A DNA stretch of 64,000 nucleotides from a candidate division WWE3 bacterium (GCA_052035175.1 JBPOHV010000001.1:41569-105568), one strand, 5' to 3'; numbered from the stretch's first letter, positions 48,668-58,139 are shown. The notes: generated by a model from the letters alone, not told the origin. Numbers and translations: made by a program.

Positions 48668-49882
48668 CTAATCTCTATTTTGCTCTGGTACATGTAATGG
48701 CCCCCACAAGCTCACTAAACTTCTACCAATACTATGATGTCGTGCATGTAAATTGTGTTCTTTTATATCTTTTTTATGCTCATCTATAAAACTCGCTATT
48801 AGCTTTGCACGTTCTTTATTACTTTCACTAGATTTCATAAACCATACGCGTCTACCAAATAATAAATCTTTTAAACAAGTATTCCCTACATAAGCTTCTA
48901 ACATTTGTTCAAACGCGTAGTCTTTGTAACTCATTTGAAATTCAGTAATTTCTGGTTCGAGTAATTTAACAGGCTCGCCCTTTAAATAAGCCATCCTAGG
49001 AAATAGGTTTTGGGTTAGAATATCGTCTTCAGACGAATTTCCTAAAGGTAGCTCTATGTCTCTTTCAGTCATAAAGAGGTCCGCTGGTAAAACATTTCCT
49101 TTGTGGTTTGGTGTATCTAGTAAAGGCAATATTAATGCTTCTACGCTGTTTGTTACCATTCCGCGTGCGTTGCGATAGCCACGAGGTCTATCTTTTGTGT
49201 AACCTGCTGTGTCACACACCAACGGTAATCCTTTATCAGATGCCTCTTTATATTTTGTACATAGATTATCGAGAAATTCTTTTAAAGCTTCTGGCGATTC
49301 ATCTACACTTGTATCCAAAGGCGAATATGGTTCTGGTAAATGATGCTTTTCTGGAAAGTTTTTACGAAGTTCTTTGTACTCTTCGTGTGGATTTCTAGCA
49401 TCTAAGTTATGTGTTAAAAATCCCATTTCTCCTAGATAGCCTGTTACTTGTGATTTACCTTGTTCACTCAAACCAACAAGGCCTATTAATAAAGGATGCT
49501 CTTTTTTTATATTATATTTCTTATCTATTTCTTCAAGGTCCAGTCCGTTATTTACTGTTTCATGAAAAACAACTATAAAAGGTAAGTCAGTAAAGTGTAT
49601 TGCTTCGATTAAATTTTTACGTTTTTCTTCTGGGATCCATTCTTTATCCATACCTCTTTCAAACCCTGCTAAAGTTGATGTGTTATCAACAAAAAGTGGT
49701 ACATACATTCTGTTTTCTGGGTCAGACTCATTAAAAAAAGCTGCAATTCCAACGCGTTCCCATTTTGCTGCAGGAACAACCTTCATAGGTGTTTTGGGCT
49801 TTTCGATTTGAGCAGCAACTTGCCATACAGGATCTGGCTTTATATCTTCTAGCGTATCCGTAGGTTGTAATGTAGAAATCAT
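48668..49882 (-). CDS. Hypothetical protein with P-loop
   Basis: IGLVGLSEQGKS Walker A-like; VCDTAG. Confidence 0.5.
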   Translation of the reverse strand: MISTLQPTDTLEDIKPDPVWQVAAQIEKPKTPMKVVPAAKWERVGIAAFFNESDPENRMYVPLFVDNTSTLAGFERGMDKEWIPEEKRKNLIEAIHFTDLPFIVVFHETVNNGLDLEEIDKKYNIKKEHPLLIGLVGLSEQGKSQVTGYLGEMGFLTHNLDARNPHEEYKELRKNFPEKHHLPEPYSPLDTSVDESPEALKEFLDNLCTKYKEASDKGLPLVCDTAGYTKDRPRGYRNARGMVTNSVEALILPLLDTPNHKGNVLPADLFMTERDIELPLGNSSEDDILTQNLFPRMAYLKGEPVKLLEPEITEFQMSYKDYAFEQMLEAYVGNTCLKDLLFGRRVWFMKSSESNKERAKLIASFIDEHKKDIKEHNLHARHHSIGRSLVSLWGPLHVPEQNRD

Positions 49883-50856
49883 TTTGTAGCTAATTTATAA
49901 CCAAGTTTACTTACGGCCTTTACAATATGATTTGACAATTTATCGTTGAGACGTGCAATTGCTTGGTTGATTGCTTGATCAGAAAATTTGTCAGCATAAT
50001 TATCGCCCCATTTTAATTGCGCAATATGATCTCGCGTTATTACCGATTGGTCGAGAAGAGTTTTTAATAACTCAGCTTCAAATAAGCTAAGCACAGTTTC
50101 AGAGTCTTTGTTATTTTCTATAAAGCTAAGGTCATCGTTGATTTTGAGATTCATTTGTAAATCAGAAATAAATGTAGTTTCATTTGCGCCAGCTATAAAA
50201 AGCTCGTTCTTTGGGTCAAGTCCTAATTTGATTTGTGTTTGTGTATCTAATTTTGAAACGACTTGTAGACTTGGTAAAAATATTCTGACAAAAGTTTCAT
50301 CAGCAAAAAGCTCTTGGTTAGACTTTTCTGTACTATCTGGAAAATTTGCAAAATATTTTATAAGTCTAGTTACTCCATTTGATCTATCGTGTATTCTTTT
50401 AACTTGATCTTCAGAATAATTAAATTCCCAAGTATGGAGTAAATAATCTGTCTCTTCTAGCGTGCGAACTTTCATATAATAATAATCCCAAATATGTGCA
50501 GAAAGGTCCGACTTTTTATATGTATCTGTTGTAATAACTTGTGGTGCGTCTATTACAAAACAAAAAAAGTTTTTGGGGTCGGTTTTTTTATTTTTTTCAA
50601 ATAGCAATAAAGACGATTCTATAGTTGCGTCGCCATTGTGAAAGTCTATATCTATTATATTTTTGTTTCCAAAAGTATCGTTTTTGTCAACAATATATGT
50701 GAAGTTATGCTTTGAACAAATCTTATTGAGCTCGTGGCCTACGCCTACTCCTGGGACAGATACTATTACCGAATTTAATTTGCGATCAAATGTACTTAAA
50801 ACAAATTTTTCCAAATTCTCATAAACTGTATCGTTCATGCTTGGATTATAAAGCAA
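49879..50856 (-). CDS. Putative regulator with C-terminal OmpR/PhoB-type winged helix and degenerate ATPase N-domain
   Basis: LS..E..LL..L....ITRD.IA...WG......AI...IARL..KL.......GYKL; SVPGVGVG. Confidence 0.7.
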   Translation of the reverse strand: MLYNPSMNDTVYENLEKFVLSTFDRKLNSVIVSVPGVGVGHELNKICSKHNFTYIVDKNDTFGNKNIIDIDFHNGDATIESSLLLFEKNKKTDPKNFFCFVIDAPQVITTDTYKKSDLSAHIWDYYYMKVRTLEETDYLLHTWEFNYSEDQVKRIHDRSNGVTRLIKYFANFPDSTEKSNQELFADETFVRIFLPSLQVVSKLDTQTQIKLGLDPKNELFIAGANETTFISDLQMNLKINDDLSFIENNKDSETVLSLFEAELLKTLLDQSVITRDHIAQLKWGDNYADKFSDQAINQAIARLNDKLSNHIVKAVSKLGYKLATK

Positions 50857-51310
50857 AAGTAGCTTTTTGGCCTAACGTTATATTATTTTTTTCGCAAAAG
50901 CCTGCATTTACTTCCAAAATGTAAAATGCGTCAGTACTTGGTGAATAAATAGTACAGGCAGATTTGAGAGACTCTGTGCAGGGAGGTATATCTTTTTTGA
51001 TATCAACAATTTTAAAATTTTCGTCAATCCAAATGATATCTAACGGAATATATGTATTAAACATCCAGATATGATGTTTATCTGAATATCCCATTGGAAA
51101 TAACATACCTGCATTTTCTGCCAAAGATTTCCTGCCCATAAGCCCATTACTTTGTTTGAATTTGTCATTTGCAACTTCTGCGTTTATTTGTTGATCTCCA
51201 AGCGTGATAGTGGTTGTTTGAAATGGAGCTGTAGATTTAATTTTCCAATAAAATATCATAGCTACAAAGCATAGACCTATAATTAATATGGAAATAACTA
51301 GCTCTCTCAT
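50846..51310 (-). CDS. DUF192 family protein
   Basis: EVA......GLMGR..L....GMLF, WM.NT.IPLDIIWI, LEVNAG. Confidence 0.88.
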   Translation of the reverse strand: MRELVISILIIGLCFVAMIFYWKIKSTAPFQTTTITLGDQQINAEVANDKFKQSNGLMGRKSLAENAGMLFPMGYSDKHHIWMFNTYIPLDIIWIDENFKIVDIKKDIPPCTESLKSACTIYSPSTDAFYILEVNAGFCEKNNITLGQKATFAL

Positions 51311-51642
51311 CTAGAAAGTATGCTCAAAAACGAGCTTACAAGAGAAACGACTATACCAAACAGTAAAGCAGCCAAAAATGTTGCCACAGTAAACCCTGGG
51401 ACAATTTGTCCGACAAACATAATAATTGCCACATTAATAACCAATGCAAAAAGGCCAAAAGATAAGATAGTAATTGGTAACGTTAATAGTAAAAGTAGTG
51501 GTTTTATAAAGGTATTTATTGTTCCAAGTACTATAGCTACAATTACGGCCGTTTGCCAGCTTGCAACTTCGATGCCTGGTACTATTTTTGATGCTAATAC
51601 AATAGAAACTGTGCTTATGACTAGATTGATTAGTAATTTCAT
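51307..51642 (-). CDS. 4-TM holin-like membrane protein (YvlD/Phage_holin_4_2)
   Basis: VPGI, LG.IN.FIKP.L.LLTLP..IL.FGLF.LVIN. Confidence 0.85.
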   Translation of the reverse strand: MKLLINLVISTVSIVLASKIVPGIEVASWQTAVIVAIVLGTINTFIKPLLLLLTLPITILSFGLFALVINVAIIMFVGQIVPGFTVATFLAALLFGIVVSLVSSFLSILSR

Positions 51643-51697
51643 ATTTATAGTTTAACCTTTTTGCCATGATATTACAAAATTATGATATGCTTTTGTC

Positions 51698-52423
51698 GTG
51701 AGTAGTACCCAAATTCCAGACAATCAAATTATCGATAGCGAGCCCAAGATAATTTCTCCACAAACTTTGGGTGGGTATACAGATGCAAACACATTTACAA
51801 AAGTAATACCCAAATCAAATCCTTTTATCTTCACAAAATATCGCGTTTTAATCTTTGTAGCGATTGCAGTAGTTGTGTTTATAGCTTTAGGTGTTAGCGC
51901 TTTTTTTTATGTAAAGAAAAACACGGTTGTTCCGCAGACCGTTGAGCCTACAGAAGAAAAGCATGTTTTTTCTTACAGCGTCGACAAGCCTAATTATTCT
52001 TTTGAGTACATGTACGACAAAGGGTTGTTATTTGAAGGTGACGCTTTTTATTTTTCACCTTTTTTGAAGAATATATACGGCGGTTATTTCAAAGTGTATG
52101 AGCTGGGTAATACAGAAGATTTTGCAAAAATATACGATTTAAATCCGCCAACAATTAATACAGAAGTTGTTGCCCCCTTAACTGCTATTGTTGATGGTGA
52201 GCGTAGTTTTACCCAAGATAAAAGAACTTCTATTGTGTATACAAAGCTTTATGTTTATTCAAATTCTGTAGCCAATATAATATTTGAATTTAGTATAGAA
52301 AAAGACAACAAATATAAAGATGACTATTTAAAATTGTTTGATGTTTCTGCAACATCATTCAGATTTACAAAAGGGTTAGGTGCAGAACCTGTTGTTACTC
52401 AAGAATCTACCCCAAGCCAGTGA
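51698..52423 (+). CDS. Single-TM hypothetical protein
   Basis: One TM; TATGCT 6 nt before GTG. Confidence 0.55.
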   Translation: MSSTQIPDNQIIDSEPKIISPQTLGGYTDANTFTKVIPKSNPFIFTKYRVLIFVAIAVVVFIALGVSAFFYVKKNTVVPQTVEPTEEKHVFSYSVDKPNYSFEYMYDKGLLFEGDAFYFSPFLKNIYGGYFKVYELGNTEDFAKIYDLNPPTINTEVVAPLTAIVDGERSFTQDKRTSIVYTKLYVYSNSVANIIFEFSIEKDNKYKDDYLKLFDVSATSFRFTKGLGAEPVVTQESTPSQ

Positions 52424-52444
52424 TCGCAATGGTATTATTCATTT

Positions 52445-54397
52445 GTGTCAGACCTTTTGGAAAGTTTAAATTCAGAGCAATCACAAGCAGTTAGCCATTT
52501 GACTGGGCCGGCGCTGGTTGTAGCTGGTCCGGGTAGCGGAAAGACACGTGTATTAACATATCGTATTGCCAACCTTATTCACAATCATCGTGTAAATGAA
52601 AATGAAATATTGTGTGTTACATTTACAAACAAAGCTGCAGCAGAAATAAAAGAACGCGTTCAGAAATTGCTAGATGGAAATAAAATTTTGACATGGAGTG
52701 GAACTTTTCACTCGATTTGTGCACGTATACTGCGTAAAGATGGGTATCATATTGGGATTCCGATTTCTTTTGTGATTTATGATACAGATGATCAGATAGA
52801 TTTAATAAAAGAAATCAGTAAAAACTTTGGTATAGATCCCAAACAAGTAAAGCCATATTCAGCTCTTGCGACTATTTCAAATGCAAAGAGCGAGCTTATT
52901 GCTCCAGAAGCATACGAGCGATACGCTCATGGGTTTTTTCAAAAAACAGTTTCAAAAATATATTTTGAGTATCAACGACTTTTGAAAAAGAATAATGCTT
53001 TGGATTTTGATGACATTTTGGTCGAAACAGTTAACCTCTTTAAACAAGAACCGGCGGTTTTGGACAAGTACACGTCGATGTTTAAGTATATTTTGATAGA
53101 CGAATATCAAGATACAAACAAAGCGCAGTACGTTTTGACAAAGATGCTAGCGTCTCAGCATCAAAACTTATTTGTAGTAGGAGATATGTCACAGGCAATT
53201 TATAGTTTTAGGGGGGCAGATTATCGTAATATCTTAAATTTTCAAAACGACTACCCTGGTGCCGCTGTTTATAACCTGGCTAGAAATTATAGGTCGACAC
53301 AAAATATTTTGGACGCAGCAACGAGTTTGATTACAAATAATGCAACTCATATACCATTAGAATTGTGGACCGATTCGGGGACAGGAGAAAAAGTTACTAT
53401 ATATTGTGGGGGATCAGATACCGAAGAAGCCACATTTGTAATAAGTGAGATTAATAACTTTATTTCTAATGGGAATGATTTTAAAGATATTGCAATTTTA
53501 TATCGAACAAATGCTCAGTCACGAAACATCGAAGAATTTTTAATTCGTTCTAGTATTCCTTATAAAATAATTGGCGGATTGAGATTTTATTCACGTAAAG
53601 AAATAAAAGATGTGATTGCCTTTTTGCGTGTTGTAAAAAATCCAAAAGATTCTGTTTCATGGAAGCGTATTATAAACACTCCGCCCAGAGGTATAGGCCA
53701 AAAAGGGATGCAAGCTTTGGCAGATGCCGATTGGAATTTAGATTTGGTTGAGGCAACTTCAAAATTACCATTCAAAAAGTGGATCAAAGATTGTGAGACT
53801 ATGTCGACGCTAGAATTGATGACAGATATTTTGGAGGTAACAGGATATTTGAAGTGGTTAAATGATGGTAGCGATGACGGAAAAGATAGAATTGAAAATA
53901 TAAACGAACTCAAGTCTGTGTCGGCGCAATTTTTGGATGTAGGTGAGTTTTTGGAAAATGTCGCGTTAATAGAGAGCTCTGAAACACCAAAGTCAAAGAA
54001 AAAGTCTATGACAGAAGATAAAGACGATGTTGTTAGTCTGATGACTGTGCATTCATCAAAAGGTTTGGAATTTGCTTTGGTGTTTGTGATTGGTATGGAA
54101 GAAGGTTTGTTTCCGCATTCACAATCGATGGAAAACACAGATGAGTTGGAAGAAGAGAGAAGACTTTGTTATGTCGCGATTACGCGTGCAAAAAATAAGT
54201 TGATCTTGACTCATGCTAGATCTCGTTTGAGTTATGGCACGTATCAAAATAATATTCCTAGTAGATTTTTGGCTGAATTACCGAAGAATGTAATTATGCA
54301 ACTTGGTACTGGCAGTGCGCATTTTAGGCCAAAGTCTTACAATTTTGACGACGAGTTTTTGGAGGATGAAATTAATCGTAGCAATTTTACTTGGTGA
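52445..54397 (+). CDS. pcrA: ATP-dependent DNA helicase PcrA/UvrD
   Basis: AGPGSGKT, TFTNKAA, DEYQDTN, NYRS, YRTNAQ, EEERRL.YVA.TRA. Confidence 0.95.
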   Translation: MSDLLESLNSEQSQAVSHLTGPALVVAGPGSGKTRVLTYRIANLIHNHRVNENEILCVTFTNKAAAEIKERVQKLLDGNKILTWSGTFHSICARILRKDGYHIGIPISFVIYDTDDQIDLIKEISKNFGIDPKQVKPYSALATISNAKSELIAPEAYERYAHGFFQKTVSKIYFEYQRLLKKNNALDFDDILVETVNLFKQEPAVLDKYTSMFKYILIDEYQDTNKAQYVLTKMLASQHQNLFVVGDMSQAIYSFRGADYRNILNFQNDYPGAAVYNLARNYRSTQNILDAATSLITNNATHIPLELWTDSGTGEKVTIYCGGSDTEEATFVISEINNFISNGNDFKDIAILYRTNAQSRNIEEFLIRSSIPYKIIGGLRFYSRKEIKDVIAFLRVVKNPKDSVSWKRIINTPPRGIGQKGMQALADADWNLDLVEATSKLPFKKWIKDCETMSTLELMTDILEVTGYLKWLNDGSDDGKDRIENINELKSVSAQFLDVGEFLENVALIESSETPKSKKKSMTEDKDDVVSLMTVHSSKGLEFALVFVIGMEEGLFPHSQSMENTDELEEERRLCYVAITRAKNKLILTHARSRLSYGTYQNNIPSRFLAELPKNVIMQLGTGSAHFRPKSYNFDDEFLEDEINRSNFTW

Positions 54398-54400
54398 TCA

Positions 54401-54564
54401 TGCGCAGCAAAGGCTTTCTCGCTCGGGCGGCTGCATATCATCCTTCGCTGCGAGAGCTCTTTGCTGTGCAATATCATATAATGTGTTAAGTCGTGCTTGT
54501 ATATCTGATTTTCGACGCGCAGGGTATATGCAGCGCCCAAGCTAGAAAAGCAGATATACAAGCA
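54401..54564. repeat. Inverted pair of related ~70-nt hairpins
   Basis: Hairpin A 54401-54470 and hairpin B 54494-54564; B(-) resembles A(+) in the apical half. Confidence 0.7.
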
Positions 54565-54576
54565 TAAATACAGTTT

Positions 54577-55332
54577 ATGCATAAGCCGATAAAGAAATTA
54601 GGACAAAATTTTTTACGAGATAATACAGTAGTAGATTTGATGGTTGCATCATTAGATGTGCAGCATACAGATACACTAATTGAAATTGGTCCAGGTGAAG
54701 GTGTCGTTACGCGCGCGCTTGCAGCGCGCGCACCATTCAGCCTGCGAGCAATAGAAATAGACCAAAATCTTGTCACAGATTTAAAAACAAAGTTTGAGAA
54801 TTTTGATTTTGTTGAGATAGTCCAGGCAGACTTTTTAGATTGGTTTCCTAATTGTGTTGTTCCAGATAGCTTTAAAATAATAGGATCACTTCCGTATTAC
54901 ATCACGTCACCTATTTTTCATACAATCATAAAAACCGATCATCAACCCGATGAATGTGTTTTTCTTATCCAAAAAGAAGTTGCACAAAAAATCTGTGCAT
55001 CAGACGGTGACTCAAGTTATATGTCTTCATTTGTACAAGCTTTTTTTGATGTAAAAATTATAAAAGTGGTATTACGAGGATCATTTTTCCCTATACCTGA
55101 GGTTGATAGTGCGATTATTTCTTTAAAGAAAAAATCTTTGCAAAGAATAGATCCGCAAGATGCATATAAGTATGAAAAGTTTTTACACCATGTATATAAA
55201 AACCCTCGCAAAATGATTAACAAAGTGTTTTCTGATGATGAATTGAAACTACTAGATTTGGATGGCCATTTACGTCCAGAAAATATTAGTTGTGATAAAT
55301 GGATTGACGCTTTTTTCAAACATGTTAGCTGA
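54577..55332 (+). CDS. rsmA: 16S rRNA adenine dimethyltransferase
   Basis: KKLGQNFL, EIGPGEG, GSLPYYITSP, QKEVA, F.P.PEVDS. Confidence 0.95.
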   Translation: MHKPIKKLGQNFLRDNTVVDLMVASLDVQHTDTLIEIGPGEGVVTRALAARAPFSLRAIEIDQNLVTDLKTKFENFDFVEIVQADFLDWFPNCVVPDSFKIIGSLPYYITSPIFHTIIKTDHQPDECVFLIQKEVAQKICASDGDSSYMSSFVQAFFDVKIIKVVLRGSFFPIPEVDSAIISLKKKSLQRIDPQDAYKYEKFLHHVYKNPRKMINKVFSDDELKLLDLDGHLRPENISCDKWIDAFFKHVS

Positions 55333-55453
55333 AAAGAGGCCCACCTGGACCCTCATTTAGAATCTCAGTATGGACCCCTTTGGTCTCTTTGTACCTCACC
55401 CCTGAGATACAAATACTATATATAAAGCTACAGTAAGCATAGATGCATGTCAA
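55332..55453 (-). ncRNA. Candidate small RNA with its own promoter and terminator
   Basis: TTGACA(55448-55453)-17-TAGCTT; AUCUCAG/CUGAGAU stem; GAGG/CCUC hairpin followed by UUUU. Confidence 0.45.
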
Positions 55454-55505
55454 TTAACTAAGCATATCTATTTACAAAGCCAAAATATATCCGCACAATT
55501 AATAT

Positions 55506-56567
55506 ATGCCCAAATATTTTCAAAATGGTTTCTTTAATATTTCTACGCTTTTATTAATTTTGGCTGTAGGTACTCTTTCTGTCATTTACGGTACTCAGTA
55601 TTTCACAATACAAGAAAAGATTTCAAACGCAGGCCGTGTATTAGCCGGTATGGTTACAAGACCAGCTGTTGATGATATAGCAAACGTACAAAAGGAGCGT
55701 AAGCCAAATACTTGTGGTACTGATGGTTTGTATGCACATTTTGATTTTGAAAATGTTAGCGGGTCGACTGTTCCAGATTTATCTGGTTGTAATAATAACG
55801 GTACTTTAGGTGACTCAGGAAACGGCTCAATAGATCCATTAATTGTTTCTTCTGGGTGTAAGGTAGGTTCCGACTGTGTTCAATTTGATGGTAAAGATGA
55901 TTATATGTCTATGCCAGCTCCTTTGGCTGTGACACCTGGTAATAATAATGACCCAATTCATGATTTTACTTGGTCATTTTGGATTTACCCAATTGCTTCT
56001 AGAACACCTGGCGAGGGTTGTAATAATCATGGTAACTCTCAATATTGTTCCGCATTTATACATCGTGATGCGTATGGTCCAAATCGCCAAGTGGGTTTTT
56101 TGTCTGATGTTTATCCCTCTACAAGCCGTTTAAAAGTTAGATGGAATAATGTAGATTCTCTTGAGTCTGTAGATTTACTCATGCCAAATATGTGGCATCA
56201 TATAGCTTTAACACGCTATGAAGATTATTATCCTCCATGGCAAGAATATGCACATCAACGACTTTACATCGATGGTGTAAAAGTTGATGAAGATGTGTTT
56301 TTACACGATCCAGGTTTTTGGGATAGATATGCTAGCCCAACTGATGGTTATGGTGGTACTTATATAGGTGGCGATGGTTATGAGTATACTCCTGGCTTGT
56401 ATGGGTGGGCAGGTTATGTCAAGGCATATATGGACGATGTCAAAGTTTACAATAGATATTTGACAAAAGAAGAAGTCTGCCATGAGTATGTATGTGCGCC
56501 TGGTGGTGTTAGTGGCGGTTCCTGTATAAATCCTGGCAACCCTGATATACAAGTAACGTGTCAATGA
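55506..56567 (+). CDS. LamG/concanavalin-A-like domain surface protein with pilin-like N-terminus
   Basis: QNG|FF plus TM; HFDFE...DLSG.NNNG, FDG.DDY, WHHIA, LYIDG, DDVKVYNR.L. Confidence 0.8.
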   Translation: MPKYFQNGFFNISTLLLILAVGTLSVIYGTQYFTIQEKISNAGRVLAGMVTRPAVDDIANVQKERKPNTCGTDGLYAHFDFENVSGSTVPDLSGCNNNGTLGDSGNGSIDPLIVSSGCKVGSDCVQFDGKDDYMSMPAPLAVTPGNNNDPIHDFTWSFWIYPIASRTPGEGCNNHGNSQYCSAFIHRDAYGPNRQVGFLSDVYPSTSRLKVRWNNVDSLESVDLLMPNMWHHIALTRYEDYYPPWQEYAHQRLYIDGVKVDEDVFLHDPGFWDRYASPTDGYGGTYIGGDGYEYTPGLYGWAGYVKAYMDDVKVYNRYLTKEEVCHEYVCAPGGVSGGSCINPGNPDIQVTCQ

Positions 56568-56587
56568 GATTGTAGTGTATTATTGAT

Positions 56588-57523
56588 TTGATGATCTCAC
56601 ATTTTGTTCAGTCAGCATCGTGGTGTAAATTGAAAAATGCATATGGCACTACATGTGTTAGTTCCAGTGGCGTTTTTTATACAAAGCATAAGATTCCTCT
56701 TACGCATTATTATGTTGCTTATTGCCCTCGTGTTAACCCTTTTGATATAGATTTTGCTGGTTTACATAAATCGTTATTGCAAAATAATTGTGTTTATATA
56801 AACTTTGATGTTCCTAATATTGTTTTGACCTCTGAAACAGCCGCAGCAGCACGTGAGATATTTGAAAACCAAAAGTGTGTTATTTCACAAAAAGAAACTT
56901 TTGCAAATGCAAATATACTTATAGATCTAACAAAATCTGACGAAGAACTTTTATCAGAAATGCATCACAAACGTAGATACAATATCAAGCAAGCTCAGAA
57001 GCAGAACGTTTATATAAAAGAAGGTACGTTCGATGAATTTTGGAATTTACTAAATGAAACTGCTACGACACAAAAGTTTTTTTTACATCCAAAAAAATAT
57101 TACAAAATGATTTGGGATACATTGGGACCAGCTGGTGAAAATAAAGCACATATTCTTACTGCGTATGTTAATGAAAGCCCCTTAGCCTCATGGATGTTGT
57201 TTATACACGGGAACGTTTTGTATTATCCTTATGGCGGTTCAAATGCTGAAAGTGGCAAATACCATGCTAGCGAATTACTTGGTTGGGAGGCAATCAAGTT
57301 TGGAAAGCAAAATGCATGTACACTATTTGATATGTGGGGTGCTTCAAAAGATCCAACTGACGAAAAAGATTCGTACTTTGGATTTACTCAATTTAAATCA
57401 AGATTTGGCGGGACACATGTTACTTATATGAAATCATATGATTATGTTTTGAATTGGCCGATCTATAATTTTTTTAACTTAATGAATAAAGTGCGATGGC
57501 TAATTTTGAGAGCCATGCGTTGA
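56588..57523 (+). CDS. FemABX-family peptidoglycan bridge aminoacyltransferase
   Basis: HFVQS..W, IDL....ELL..M....RYNI..A, YYPYGGS, FDMWG, G..QFK.RFGG. Confidence 0.88.
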   Translation: MMISHFVQSASWCKLKNAYGTTCVSSSGVFYTKHKIPLTHYYVAYCPRVNPFDIDFAGLHKSLLQNNCVYINFDVPNIVLTSETAAAAREIFENQKCVISQKETFANANILIDLTKSDEELLSEMHHKRRYNIKQAQKQNVYIKEGTFDEFWNLLNETATTQKFFLHPKKYYKMIWDTLGPAGENKAHILTAYVNESPLASWMLFIHGNVLYYPYGGSNAESGKYHASELLGWEAIKFGKQNACTLFDMWGASKDPTDEKDSYFGFTQFKSRFGGTHVTYMKSYDYVLNWPIYNFFNLMNKVRWLILRAMR

Positions 57524-58080
57524 TGCGCAATCAAATAATACTTGTAGTTTTTTTGTTATTACTTTTTTATTTTTCTATCGGCCAGATTCATTTACTTTTA
57601 TTCCTAATAGTTTTTGGAATCGTATTTTCAATTATCTTTTTTTCACATTTTGTTTTTGGTGGTGCACCTTTTGTGCGTACACCAACCAGTCATATCTCGA
57701 GTATGATTTCATTGTCGAACCCCTCTAGCGAAACCTGCATGATAGATTTGGGGTCTGGTATGGGAGATATACTTTTTGAATTTTCAAAAGTGTGCGACAT
57801 CGCACACGGTTTAGAAATAAACCCTTTATTATTTGTTTTATCTAAGTTGCGCTTATCCCAAACTTCAGCCAAAGTTTATCGCAAAAATATTTGGAAGTTT
57901 GATGTATCTAGATATGACATAGTTACTTTGTATGGGATTCCGAATATGATGCAGCAACTTGAGTACAAACTTTTAAACGAACTTAAACCAGGCGCACGCG
58001 TAGTTTCAAATAAATTTCCTTTTCCAAACTGGAAGCATGTTCGAGTTGAAAATGATGTTTACCTTTATACTAAGGGCTAG
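57523..58080 (+). CDS. Membrane-anchored class I SAM methyltransferase
   Basis: GAPFV.T, DLGSG.G, GLEINP, ELKPGARVVSN.F. Confidence 0.85.
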   Translation: MRNQIILVVFLLLLFYFSIGQIHLLLFLIVFGIVFSIIFFSHFVFGGAPFVRTPTSHISSMISLSNPSSETCMIDLGSGMGDILFEFSKVCDIAHGLEINPLLFVLSKLRLSQTSAKVYRKNIWKFDVSRYDIVTLYGIPNMMQQLEYKLLNELKPGARVVSNKFPFPNWKHVRVENDVYLYTKG

Positions 58081-58132
58081 GCCCAGAGATCACATAACTA
58101 TACAAGCTTCGTTTAATAAAGGGCCTAGCCCT
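58073..58132. repeat. 12-bp perfect inverted repeat between convergent genes
   Basis: AGGGCTAGGCCC-N36-GGGCCTAGCCCT. Confidence 0.6.
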
Positions 58133-58139
58133 ATGGCAA

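Noticed and set aside
16266-51642. Prophage, suggested by baseplate-J-like and holin-like genes
   Set aside because: No integrase, terminase, capsid or tail genes; both families occur as chromosomal genes.
54494-54564. SRP (4.5S) RNA, from CAGG...GCAGC
   Set aside because: No GNRA-capped helix 8 between the motifs, and G-U pairs in the twin copy point to the opposite strand.
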